Below are positions 1 through 13,262 of a stretch of DNA of 64,000 nt, one piece after another; position 1 is the first letter of the stretch; each line of letters begins with the position of its first letter. Under the pieces are notes generated by a model, which was given only the letters and a program-made list of their open reading frames with translations, had not been told where the DNA came from and did not search any database. This DNA is from Octopus sinensis (lineage: Eukaryota). The stretch covers positions 8,060,001-8,124,000 of the forward strand of contig NC_042997.1 in the NCBI RefSeq assembly GCF_006345805.1. Direction: 5' to 3'. The position numbers were made by a program, and so were the translations under genes.

Positions 1-332
1 ACACTATTAATTGAGCAAATAATAAAATATAAGTGTAAAGAATCATATCATCTGGCATCAGGTTAGATTTGGTATTTATGTCTTTAAACATCAGTATTGA
101 TCATAAGAAGGAAGGAAGAAGACAGATATGCAGAAAGTCAATAATGGTTGTTTGAAGAAAAGATATGAGGATGGCACATGTTGTGCAAAACAAGTGGTAC
201 CTAACTATATATCTGCGATCTATTCATCGGAGGAAGAATGAGATACATGTTTAGGTTCTTTCTTCTTATAATCCACACGCATGTAACAAGTCAAGTATCA
301 TGTTTAAAGATATAAATGTCTATACGTTTATA

Positions 333-623
333 CGGTATGCGTAAGATATTTGAGGACAGAGTTGTGTTTATAAAAAAAACTGATAAATAATAACAGATAA
401 TAAACTTTATATTAAAAAAATGCTATGAGGATCAACATAAACCTTTATTTTTATATATAATGTTATTCAATAAAGCCACCTTCAGTTTCAGCAACTGCTT
501 CTATATCAGATCTAAATCGTGTACATGATCGAATCAAGTGGTCCTGGTTCATGTTGGACATTACTCTGACTATGGCAGCTCTCAAAGAATCTTTGGTACT
601 ATAGGCATATTCATTGACCTCAC

Positions 624-666
<43 letters not shown>

Positions 667-1090
667 AACGCTCCACATATAATAGTCCAATAGATTGAGA
701 TCTGGGGAATTAGGAGGCTATATATTAGGAATTATGTGATCGTGAAAATGTTCAACCATCCATTCATGTGTTACTAGAGCCACGTGCGATAGTGCAGAGT
801 CTTGCTGAAACACATATGGCTTTCCATTGCATACAGTGTCTACATAGTGCTTGACAATTATTGCCAAGAGTTAACTCTAATGCCTTGTGGAAAGAAGTAA
901 CGAGGCATCACATGTCTTTCATTGTTGACAACCCCTAAAACCATGACAGTTACAGGACGTTTTGTATGCATAAGACTTGAAACTTCAGAAGGCTCTGCAC
1001 ATAACAATCTGTCATTTCTTGTGTTAACTTTTTGATCTAGGACTAGCATAAATAGTAGCCAAATCCTCTGGTCTACTAGAAGACATTTTA
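333..1090 (-). mobile_element. Degraded DD37D (maT-type) IS630-Tc1-mariner transposon, 3' half
   Basis: Minus-strand translation gives DQKVNTRNDR..HTKRPVTVMVLGVV..PYVFQQDSA(37 aa)..*PPNSPDLNLLDYYMWSVVERE..IEAVAETEGGFIE*. Manual count of the second-to-third Asp spacing is 37. It carries stops and frameshifts. A putative terminus cggtatgcgtaagatatttgaggaca follows TA at 331-332. Confidence 0.85.
619..663. repeat. (GA/TC)n microsatellite inside the maT transposase ORF
   Basis: 45-nt TC-rich tract, read in frame as (ER)n on the minus strand. Confidence 0.95.
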
Positions 1091-1096
1091 GCAGGG

Positions 1097-2500
1097 GTGA
1101 ATAAAATCCCTTCTCTAAAAAATAGCCTTATATGCCTAGATAATAAAGGAAATATGTTGGTTACCAAATGTACAATCAAAGCGGATCTGGATATAGACAA
1201 TTATAGTAACACTAGCAATAGCAGTATTATTAACAATTTTGCTAAGAATAGGTATGAGCAGATATCGTATAAGTCAAGAACCAACCGTAAGTAGAGTAAT
1301 TATAGTCGACATGGCGGCAAAATTATAAGTAAAGCTGATGTAATCTTGTTTAACCTGCACTTCAATTACTCAACATCCACCAATATATGCAGAATATTAT
1401 TTCGGATATTAGATGAGAATTTCGCCCACCCTCGTAAATAAAACCGTATATTTTCCTGTGGGTAAACTTGAACCTCCTCATCTACCCCCACCTAATAACA
1501 CGATAATATCAGGCCTGAAGTAGAGAAAAATAGCACTTTCTCGTAATAATAAAATTGTAGCCGCTAATATTACTTTCATGACAAGGATCACACAAATAGG
1601 GAGTCTCCCTGTAACTCTACAAATAATGACTATTTGAACAGTTATGGTTCTAACCACATAAATGTCGCTTTACCTAGTAGTAGTAGTAGTAGTAGCAGTA
1701 GTAGTAGTAGTAGTAATAGTAGTAAAAACAACTTAAGGCTGAATATAACGGTAGAATGGAATCTTCACACTCGAGCACAAAAAATAGCAAGGATCATGCT
1801 TTAATAAAGCTGTTTCTGCACTGCCTTATGTAAAAACTAGTATAAAAAAGACCGAATGTGATTAATGATTTATGGTACCATCATCCCCCGAACCGCAGCC
1901 GATACACTCTTGTGTAATTCCTAACGATTTTAATCATAATGTGCGGGTTGATTCGCCTGATATAACAAATGACAATATGACAACTCTAACAATATAACAC
2001 AGAAACTCTGATAGCAGCTATAATACATAGATAGACATTAACAGTATTACATACGATAATTTTGCTACAGAACATAATATCGATGCTGAAGCTTGTAATA
2101 ATAATAACATGATTACCACTAATAAATGTAATTGGCTAGATAGAAGCAATTGTCGCTTCAACGTCGATTTCTAGCCAAAAATGAAATCTATAAGTGTACC
2201 ATTATGACAGAGGCTAATACTCGCACTTATATCGGTTGTCCTGTAGTCCTAAAGAAGCGATTGGGCAGTCATCTTGCTTCTTTTAAACTGAGACAAGAGG
2301 CAAATAGTATATGTTTATCTAGGAGGATTCGGGAACTTAAAGATAATAATATTAGGTTCGACATAATTCATAGGGCTCAAGCCAGACTATGGAGCTATAC
2401 GAAATATTAAGAAAAAGGAACAGTCATAATTTAATTAATAATAATTTAGATCTTACAGTCTCGTGCCTTCACAAATTCATCAGTACTTTTAAATATATTT
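1097..2500 (+). mobile_element. Degraded Penelope-like element, C-terminal part with GIY-YIG endonuclease
   Basis: A remnant near 1340-1450 resembles the PLE IIWFNPP..TNI motif. 2150-2500 encodes IYKCTIMTEANTRTYIGC..KKRLGSHLASF..ANS.CLSRRI.ELKDNNI, a GIY-YIG-like sequence. Frameshifted. Confidence 0.7.
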
Positions 2501-2986
2501 AAATCATTACATGACCCACTAACCCCTGTCTTATCTTACCTTTCTGGCAATTATACTCTATATTTACATTCTATCTCGGTCTGTGTACTAGAATCAACAA
2601 CGTAGTTATATAGTACGCCCTCCCAGACTCGATCTGAAGTTTTGTTTAGTTACTTATATTTTGATTACTTTAATAAACCTTTTGTAACTGCTTTATACTT
2701 ATTTGGTGCTAAATTTCGTCTATTATGTAATGAATTGCCTCATACTTCTTGGCCTCATACCATAGCTTTATGCTTTATTACATTTAATTATGTTTTGGTG
2801 TCTTATCATAACCGCAAATTCATATCCATTAACTACTTATCATACCCGTTAACTACGTTTTAATTTTTTTTTAATCCTACAATATTATTTGCAGAGTCAC
2901 TATCTACCAATTCCATTTTTTATTATTGCGTAACTTTTTTTAACATTCTAATACTTTTTCTTTCATAATACTTCTTTTTACTATAA

Positions 2987-3204
2987 GGCGGCGAGCTGGC
3001 AGAAACCTTAGCACATCGGGCGAAATGCTGCTCGGTATTTCCTCTGTTTTTACGTTTTGAGTTCAAATTTTGCCAAGGACGAATTTGCTTTTCATCCTTT
3101 CGGGATCGATAAATTAAGCACAAGCAGCGTATTGGGGTCGAGTTAATCGATTGGCCCCCTCCCCCAAACTTTCGGGTCTTGTACCTAGTGTAGAAGAGAA
3201 TATT
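2987..3204 (+). mobile_element. tRNA-derived SINE, family A (head ggcggcgagctggcagaa)
   Basis: A-box-like tggcagaa and B-box-like gagttcaaat. Homologous to copies at 10037, 56456 and 60065-60710. Confidence 0.85.
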
Positions 3205-3236
3205 TCTTTTACTTTTATCCATTTGATTTCTTGTAA

Positions 3237-3303
3237 AATGGTTGTATACTGTCAATCTAACAAGAACGTAGGGGGTACACTAGATTGACAGTATACAACC
3301 ATT
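3237..3303. repeat. Perfect 23-bp inverted repeat with 21-nt loop
   Basis: aatggttgtatactgtcaatcta (3237-3259) is the exact reverse complement of tagattgacagtatacaaccatt (3281-3303). Confidence 0.95.
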
Positions 3304-4262
3304 CTATCTCCCCACCACCGTACATGTCTCTACGAGAGATTTAGAAATTCAATATTTCTGATTTCTTATAAGTTTTTATTGTATACTTCTTTATTTAACA
3401 AATTATAAATACTGGCGGGGCCCGTGTATATTTCACGGAATTAATGGTAAACCTATTGGATTATTCCTGATAACTTATTCCAAAAGACCTGAAAGCGTAG
3501 CCTGTGATGTGTCTATGTCTATGTTTCATTGAAAAGTGAAAGAAATTGGAATAAAAAGATTATTTAATGCACGTATATATACACTTTATATACTTTATGC
3601 ACAATTTTATATGCTTAATACACAACACTGAAATTAAATATTCGCCCTTATTTTTCCATTTTTTTCCGTAAGCAAGTAAAAATATATCCCGTACATATCG
3701 TACATCCTTTAATTAAATTGCATGTATCTGCTGTGTAAATAAGCATGAATATTTCGCGAAATTGCGCTTATGCGTATACGTTAAGTGACAGGTGATATAA
3801 AAAATTTAGTTCAATTAAAGAAAATACACTTTTCACTACGCACTCACCACTGCCACCTAGCACCTCCAAAAACCAACTCCATCTCCAACACCACTACCAT
3901 CATCACCATCATCTCTCTATCTATCTCCCACCCCTCTCTCTCTCTCTCTCTATCTTCCCCTCTCTCTCCTTGCCTTTCTTTAACCACACCATCAGAACAT
4001 CGTCCCTCTGCTAAAATTATGTTTTTAACCCAACTTTTCAATATCACTACCTTGAAATTACTTTTTTAACTACAGAATATATAATGCATTCCCCCTACCT
4101 CACGTAAGGGATGCTTCTTTCCCCCTCTTTTTCTCACTCCATCTTTATGTCTCTCCCTCTTTCTGTCTCATTCGTCTTTCTCCTCACTTTCCCTTCAACT
4201 AATCACGTGAAAGTGTTACAATTACATTACCTCTAACTCACGTCATGGATGCTTCTCTCTCC

Positions 4263-4300
<38 letters not shown>

Positions 4301-5149
4301 TCTCTTTCCCCCTCTTTTTCTCTGATCACATGAAAGCGTTAGTGACGAGCTAAGTAACGTAATGACAAGCGGAATTATTATAAGATGGTGGCCACTATTC
4401 TCGTTTCATATCCTTCCCTCTATCATAGAATCTGAGACTTAATGTCTATAGTTTATGGTCTTTCTGGCTTTAAAAGCGTCATAAAGAAGCTTCTTAAATA
4501 AGTAAATATATAATTACCTGGGTGACCTTAAACTTTGTACTAAGCCCTAAAACAGTTTGTCGAATAGAGTTAAAAGATAAAAGAAACTAACTTTTGTAGT
4601 TGTAGGGACGAGATATTTCACTATTTGATTCCTCCCAACCCCATCCTGTAACCTCTTTCATCTCTGTAAATCTTCGTTAATGCCCTACCCACAGGAGACA
4701 TAGAGGTATTTTCTCATATAAAACTACCAAACTGAAATAACAAATTCATTCCTTCGCCAGCAAAGGTCATAGAATCATGAAGGTGCACATGCCGTTGGCT
4801 TTAGATTGTTTTTGAATTTTGTGGTTCACGTATTTACCAAATGAAAACAGTTTTTCTAATGATGTAATGTCTCTATTAATCAATTAAAATAATCGTTGGA
4901 AACAGCTGTAGTTAACTGACACATTATCAATCTGTTGTTTTTTTTTATTTTTCTCATTTACATATGTATACATAGAAGTATACATACAGAGATCCATAAT
5001 TATATATATATGTGTATATATGTATATGAATATGATTATATGTATCTTTGTATATAATATTCCCCTATTAAATGTTGAAAACTATCAGCGTGATCTTGCA
5101 TACGTCAACAGCCTCGACGTTTTAGTCTCACGTCAACTGAATGAAGCTA

Positions 5150-5430
5150 TCCTCATCCAACGGATTTCCGTCTACGATTTGTGAAGAAAACGATTTTTTT
5201 TCTAATGGGAATAATGAGAAAGGAGGTAAAATGGATGTTCGATAAGAGTATGGAATAAAAACCAGTATGAACGCTGCAAAATACCACAAACGATCTCCAA
5301 AGCAGTTGTTTGCGTATATGTGTGCTGTGACCAGCTAGGTGAACTAAACGCTGCCATATAACAGAAGCATCTAGCATGTGCTAATCGCAAGGGCATTGAC
5401 TTTCGTCTTTACAATGCCAGGGGCTTCACT
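5150..5430 (+). mobile_element. Highly degraded mariner transposase fragment
   Basis: QLGELNAAI*QKHLACANRKGIDFRLYNARGFTAK resembles the mariner consensus QL..LNAAI..KRP.L.NRKGV.FHHDNARPHT. Confidence 0.55.
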
Positions 5431-6387
5431 GCAAAGTTTTATGACACGTTCTCAGCTTTCACATTTTCAGTTGTTTCATTGAAATGGATGGGCTTTCATA
5501 TCTGAAGCGGAAATAAAACTCACCTGAAATTTTTTTTCGCTTCTAAATATAGGAAATTATTTCAGCAAGATACTGGAACAAAGCCGTAATTATATCAGTG
5601 ATTAAATAACTTGCTTTGTGTTTAAATCTTGTGTATCATTTTCGCTTAAAAGAACAGAACGGACATTTTGACCACTCCAGTACTATACAAGTGAATCTGA
5701 AATCGAAATTCTGAGTTTTATAGTCTAATATTTATATCTGTTGGCAAACTCTATGGGAAAATATTTAGAAAATACTGCATCGTTATTTCAATTCAGAGTG
5801 AGATTTTAGTGTATATTGGGATTTTGTACAGCACATTTTTTTTATTATTTAGCCTCATGATTGATTTCAAATCATCTTAAATATTTTTTACCTAGACAAT
5901 CCTTCTCTTCCAAGTTACCAAACTTTGTTTTGTATCTCCAATTTCCATGTTGTTAAACATCATAATATTCTATTGGATAATAGAATAATAGCTTAAAAAG
6001 AAAGGAAAGTTAAATGCGACAGTAAGAAGCATCTGAACACGGATTACTTCAATACTATTATTGAAAATTATATCAAGGAATTATAGCTCAGGTATGTAAA
6101 TGATATAGAAAATAAAAGCATTCGATGATCATACAGTAGGATTTGTGCTTCAGACATGTAATTGTAAATGATTTTCTCATGTCATAACCAGTACATCAAT
6201 GTCTGGACTACCGTCTGTTTTAAAATTAAGAAAAATGATGTAAATCAATATCCTTTAAGTAAAATTTTGTTTTGTTTTGTTTTTATATATGTTAAGCTAT
6301 TATGCTTCCAAAAGAACAATGTTAAATTATTACGTCTTATGAAGCTTAACACAAACAGATTTTTACATTCGTTTTTTAGTCCGTTTC

Positions 6388-6401
6388 GAGTAGTAGTAGT
6401 A

Positions 6402-6445
<44 letters not shown>

Positions 6446-6483
6446 TAGTAGTAGTAGTGGTGGTAGTAGCAGCAGCAGCAGCA
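6388..6483. repeat. (TAG)n grading into (CAG)n microsatellite
   Basis: Direct reading of the sequence. Confidence 0.95.
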
Positions 6484-7361
6484 GGATGCGGAGGGGGAGG
6501 AGTTGATGATTATAGCAGCATTATGGTTGCAACGCTGCTCAGCTTGAACATAAAGCCTTACTCTCTACCCTTTTATCATTGAATAAACCAAATACAGACA
6601 CGCACGTATCGCTGAGTAAATAAAATACAGGTCAAATTTATAACATTACAGCTGATTTCAGTGGTAAACATGTCTACCCTTTGACGTTAAGTTAAAGGAA
6701 ACCGGCTTATACCAAAGTTTTTTTTTTTGTATATGCAGTATAATATGGGTAAAACGTCTACTACTGAAAATCAATATCCGGTCACGGACTTAAAAGTGCT
6801 AGGAGCTTATATTTGCTCTTTAGCAATCGCCAAGTGAGTCAAATAATAATTACGGCTTTTAGCCATTTATATTGATAGTTTTTAAATAGGCACAAAAGCC
6901 ATGTACTTAGCGAAAGTGTAAACGAAATTTAAAATGTTCAAACGTTTCTCAAAAGCATTAGTGCCGTAAGTGAAAAGGAAACGATTTCATCAAAGAATGA
7001 AAACATGCGAACAGTTTCTTCGCAAATTTAAAACATGCTATATGATGCTTCTTAATACTTTAATCAATTTATCATTTCACTTCTGATAATATTTACTTCA
7101 TCTTAAAATAAATACCAGTAATTCAACTTTAAAGAACTCAGATGTGAACAGTCTGAATTTATGTTATGCTCATAATAAAATCTAATGTATTTATGCAATA
7201 AATCCATGCATCCGAAAAGATGAAACTCCCATACGTTACTAGATTCTGAAGATAATATCTGATATCTGATATTTGCGTTCGCTGATATATAACACATTGC
7301 ACAAATCGCACGTTTTCTCATATTTTATTTAAGGCACGTTTCCATAGATATACATTTTATT

Positions 7362-8215
7362 CGAGGGCTTACCCAAAAGTAACCGGAAACGTTCTCTTGG
7401 GACAAAACCGTTGTCGTTCAGGGTTTCGCCGCTAGAACCACTTGGTGCAACCCTCAGGTAACAGTTTGCCGACTGGCGGCGTCGGGTGAGGTAGCACTGC
7501 CACGTCGTGCGTCTCTGTTTTTCATTGCTTCTCCCTGTTTGCTGAATTTTGCGATGGCTAAAACGAAGGAACAGCTGCTTCCGTGAAGTTATGTTTTCTG
7601 CTGGAGAAAACAGTGATAGAAAAGTTATCATGCTTCAAACAGCTTAGAAAGACGTTACCATGAGCAAAGCACAAGCTTACACGTGGTGTTCATGCTTTAG
7701 GAATGTTCACTTGTCGCTTGAAAACCAACTTCGTTCAGGTTAATCCTCGACCTCCCGAACAAATGGAAACAACACGAAAATTAAAAAAAACTTATCTTGG
7801 AGGACCGTCACCGAACAGTTGATGAACATGCCATGACTGGTGTGTCCTGGATCACTTGCTAACGAATTTTGAGCGAGGAAATGCGAATGAAGAGTTGCAG
7901 CAATTTTGTGCCTCTCTTGCTCACGGAAGATCGAAAGCGCTCACAATTGAATGCGCGTCGTGAACTGAATGAACATTTGGAAGATGATCCAGAACATATT
8001 TCGAAGGTCATCACTGGAGACGAAAACTGGTGCTACGGAATTTGTAGATGTTGAAGAGGTGAAGAAAAAACGACAGGTATCATTTCGTAAGTGTCCCAGC
8101 ACTGCTTCGAATAGTGGAAACCGCACCTGGAGAATACTCTGAAGATGATAAACTTTTAAATCTAAGTGAATAAAACAATATTGCAAAATTCCGGTTTCTT
8201 TTGAATACCACCTTG
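7362..8215 (+). mobile_element. Internally deleted mariner (DD34D-type) element with both TIR remnants
   Basis: Left end cgagggcttacccaaaagtaaccggaa and right end ttccggtttcttttgaataccaccttg|TA are imperfect TIRs. The N-terminal transposase remnant runs to KVITGDENWCYG, then jumps near 8040 to the C-terminal end, so most of the catalytic domain is absent. Confidence 0.8.
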
Positions 8216-9937
8216 TATTTAGAACAGGATTTAACCTATCTATTGCAGCAACTGAATAAAAACAAACACCCAGAATTAAAAAAGGAAAAACATGTTACCA
8301 TAAAAAAAAATGATGATATTTGAAAGTCGAGGGCTTTGAACATTTATAGTGTGCAGTTTTATTTACTGAATAGGAAGTATGAGTTTTGCTGAATTAAAAA
8401 ATGCATCATGTATTCAGCCAGTTATAAATATTTAATAATGTAATTTAATGCTGGAACACAACATTTGCCACCCCATATTTGACAACGAAACCACTATATT
8501 GCAGTATAAGGAAACATTTATACTCTCTCATTTCGTGTTTCTAACAATATATATACCCATGACTTCTATGGTTTATATATATATATATAACTTATAAACA
8601 AGGGCAACAGAAAAATTATTTCTATGCCAATATGCTGAGAACATACTTTAAATCGTCAATTTCCACATTACAATATACATTCACTGTATATACACGTCGT
8701 GCTGAAATCGAGGAAATTAAGCTAAAAGATTTGTTCTTTTAAAGTTAGTTATTTCTATATTGAATCAATTTCGGGATTAATCCTCCGGATATTCCCCTCT
8801 TCAGTAGAAAATACGATAAGAAATAAATGAAATACACGCATCTATGGAAAAAAGCAGAATCGAGAATCATGTGTACACATAAGTACACAAGTCATATCTA
8901 AATGTAAAATCCTTTAGCAAGCCTCAGCACACGTGTGACCTCTTCTGAACCACAACTTATTTGGTTGCTAGTCCCTAAGTGAATGGTAATAAATCTACTA
9001 CTAATATAGGATAAAAATTTTTTCAAAAGAAAATTTCATCAAGAGTGGCAGCATATAAAGGATTACGGCTTAGTAAGTGGATGGCTGCAGAAAGGAAGTA
9101 TTTAAGGTGATAATTTAAAAAGAGAAGCATACTTAAGCATAGATAAACTTACATGTATTTCGAATGTTCTTACTAAAACTAAAAGAAAAAAAGTCTCACA
9201 TTTGAAAACGTACTCAACGAATACAAACAGGTAACTTTTTAGTTAAGTTACGAATTTGAATATTTATTCTGTAGTTGAAACATCTGTTTCGATAATATGA
9301 TGCTGTGTTCTGATACAATAAGTTTTGCAACCTCATTATCGAGCTTCTTATGTTAGTGTTGTATTTCATTCAGTAAAAAGAAAAACCGCAAAAAATTATC
9401 GCAAAACTATCAATAACAAACCAACATAAAAGCATTGATAAATGCAATAACAATTTCAGAGACATCAAAAACAGAATACATGAAACGTTAATTGTCTCTT
9501 ATAATTATTGAAATGTTTAAACTCGAATAAACAAAATAATTACATAATAACAATTCAATATCTCCGTTTCAAAATGGGCCCGGGAAAAAAAATCACTGTA
9601 AACCAGAAGTATTTTGTTTATCATTACTTAAAGTTAGATATAATAGAACGTCTGTCATTTTTATCCTGTCTGTTCGGTTGTAATTCGTAAATAACTGATG
9701 TGATAGGGATCGGAATATAAATAATCAATAAATAATAGGTTAAAGAAGGTGTAATAATTCCGAATAAAATATCCTGAGTGGAGTGAACTGTAAAATAAAG
9801 AGTTGAATATTTTAAAGTAATTCCCATTTGTCAATGAAGTGACAGATGTTAGACCATCCAAATGTTAAATGTTGATAGCTGTTTTACCTAGTTAGGCCAA
9901 ATAAAATAATAATAATAATAATGATAATAATAATAAT

Positions 9938-9968
<31 letters not shown>

Positions 9969-10036
9969 TATCTACTTATATTCTTATATAAGCAAAACAA
10001 CAGAATGAAGCTTTCATTATTTAATACTCATATAAG

Positions 10037-10250
10037 GCTTGGAGCTGGAAGATTCTTAAGCACGCCTAACAAAATGCTTAGCGGCATTTCGTTCGTCTTT
10101 ACGTTTAGAGTTTAAATTCCGCTGAGATCGATTCTGCCTTTCATCCTTTTGGAGTTGACGAAAGAAGCACCATTTTAGCACTAGGTTAAACATAAACGGC
10201 TTACTCCTCCTCTAAAATTGCTGGTCTTGTGCCAAAATTTCAAACCATTA
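10037..10250 (+). mobile_element. SINE family A copy
   Basis: Homologous head and body to the 2987 copy; tail cctctaaaattgctggtcttgtgccaaaatttcaaaccattatt. Confidence 0.8.
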
Positions 10251-10740
10251 TTTAATACTTTTATTGTGTCCTAAGATTTCTGACTTTACTAGCCATAAAT
10301 TCATAAAAAGGTCATCAACAGTGTAAACACATACGTCGGTGGTCATTTACTTATTTAAAACTTCGTGGTCAATCAAACATTCTTTGGCTTTTATGGGAAG
10401 CGCTGGTGTGCTTCGATGTTTTTAATTAATGTATGTAAGCATCATCATTACATTATAGGTGAAAGATCACTATTGTCGACTTTTGTGTGTGTGCATATCA
10501 ATAAAAGTACAATGTATCTCCCGTATAATTTTTATGTATGTATACATGCAAAATTGTTTTATGATATTTTCTGTTTTATATTTCTCGAAAACTTTTTAAT
10601 TAAGAGGAAGCCCATTCGTATTTCCAGAATAACGATTGATGAGCCTCCTCTTCCTCCCTTTCACACCAATTCATTCTGATAACAAAACACACCTTTCTAT
10701 ATATGCTCACGTGTGTATAAATGTAAGTAGATATGTGTGC

Positions 10741-10803
<63 letters not shown>

Positions 10804-11109
10804 ATATATTTACAGAGGAGTCCAGTGTAATCCATAGGTAGGAGAGGTGCAGCTGAAGTGTAGAAAGTCATGTTATTATTTATTTGATTATAACACAAGA
10901 GAATTTAATTGTCGTACACCCTTAGAGTATACCATCCACTTACTATTCAAAGTAACAGGTGATTTGGACCAGCCACTAGGCGCTTAGTATTCATAGTTTT
11001 TTTTTCTTTTACTGTGTACACAACCGAAATATCCTATTTCATGATCACCAACCACGGGCCAGAACTACAGAGATGATCCAAACCTACCTGGTACATATAT
11101 CTTCAAGTA

Positions 11110-11465
<356 letters not shown>

Positions 11466-11566
11466 TGTATTTATGTATGTATGTATGTATGTATGTATGT
11501 ATGTGTGCATGTAAGTAGGTAGGGAGATAGGGTGGGAGGGAAGGTGTGTGGTAGGTAGGTAGATAA

Positions 11567-11603
<37 letters not shown>

Positions 11604-11605
11604 TA

Positions 11606-11649
<44 letters not shown>

Positions 11650-12069
11650 GAGAGAGAGACAGAGGGAGAGGAAAATAGTTTGGGAGGTATACTTGCGTAT
11701 ATGCATCATGTATATATGAACTGAAAATTATTTATGTAGTAAAATTAACTGATTGAAGTCACAGATCAGAAACTGTTTGAATACGATATTCATTTTTCAA
11801 CACTATACAGTGCAAACTTTACTGTCACTGCCTTTCACTTGAGTGCATTTTTCAACTAATTATTCCTATAACTCTTTCATACAACTGACATATTTTTGGC
11901 AACTGTATCAAAATATTCTCTCACCTTTTGTTTTGTAATCCCACATTAACCATTTAGCTTTACCGCCTAAAAAGTATTCTTACTCTTCTATTCGCTTTGC
12001 TATCTTTGTCCCCATTTCTTTATCTTTTTTTCTCTCTCTATCGCTCACTGTCTCTCTCTTTCTCACCCG

Positions 12070-12101
<32 letters not shown>

Positions 12102-12238
12102 GTTTCAATAAGTTCAATCTGACAATATGTATATATGTGTGTGTGTGTGTGTGTTTGCATCGATATACACATACTTTTATACATGCATATTTTTTGCATA
12201 CACACATACACACATGCATATATATATGTATATATGTA

Positions 12239-12420
12239 CCTTCGAAACACGCATTGAGTCGAACCAGGGGCTGCTGATGAAGGGGAATATTCCTTGTATT
12301 GTGTGTCTTGTACTCTGTTTTTTCGTTGTTAAAAGAATTCCGTTTCCTTGTTTGATTTTATGTTTTCGTTTCTCGTTGTGTTCTACGTTTATTTGTGGTG
12401 TCCTGTTCTTATATATATAT
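12239..12420 (+). other. PLE terminal-repeat-like fragment with hammerhead core motifs in permuted order
   Basis: ccttcGAAAC at 12239-12248, GTC at 12258-12260, CTGATGA at 12274-12280, then aggggaatattcctt. Confidence 0.45.
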
Positions 12421-12554
12421 ATACATGTATATATACATATAGATGTAGGTATGTGCATATATGTATGTATGTATGTATGCATATGTTTTATTTGTTAAAT
12501 TGTTACTATATGATTGAACGCGTCGCGTCACTTTCTTATTTCTCCAAGTAAGTT

Positions 12555-12610
<56 letters not shown>

Positions 12611-12857
12611 TGTGGGTGGGTGTGTGTGTATGTATGTATACATATATACATATATAAATATAGTTGAAATTTACAGAAAAAGAAAATATATAAGTGCGTG
12701 CGTATGTACGAGCGTGTGTGTGTATACATAGTGACTTGTGAGACAGAGACTTACGAGGTGACATAGCCCAAACTTTCAACCACGTTTTCCCTTTATAATT
12801 ACATATTGCTTCATTCTGAATTATTGAGTATTCCTTCAATGCAATTTTATTCTTTTT

Positions 12858-12998
12858 ATACATACATATATACATACATACATACATACATACATACATA
12901 CATACACATACATACGTAGGTAGGTAGATAGGTAGGTAGGGAGGTAGGGAGGTAAGTAGGTAGGTAGGTAGGTAAGTAGGTAGGTAAGTAGGTAGGTT
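12858..12998. repeat. Compound (CATA)n-(TAGG)n microsatellite
   Basis: Direct reading of the sequence. Confidence 0.9.
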
Positions 12999-13004
12999 AA
13001 TTGA

Positions 13005-13145
13005 TAGATAAGTTTCTTTATTTGCACTACAGTGACGAAGACAGAGGGGACAAAATACAATGTAGAGCTTTTCTTTTCAAAAATAGAATACGAACGAGGA
13101 AAATACAATTCCCATAAAAAGCGATCATGAGAAAAAAACGATCAA
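13005..13145 (-). mobile_element. Second, ~135-bp 3'-end fragment of the Tx1-like LINE
   Basis: Minus strand aaaagaaaagctctacattgtattttgtcccctctgtc..aataaagaaacttatctatc matches the 3' end at 13262-13330. Confidence 0.75.
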
Positions 13146-13242
<97 letters not shown>

Positions 13243-13262
13243 GATAGATAGATAGATAGATA
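13146..13262. repeat. (GATA)n tract at the LINE 3' end
   Basis: Long GATA run directly abutting the LINE 3' terminus. Confidence 0.95.

Noticed and set aside
3780-4390. CT-rich repeat with a possible Helitron-like end
   Set aside because: No clear terminal hairpin with CTRR and no second copy in the window; cannot be classified.
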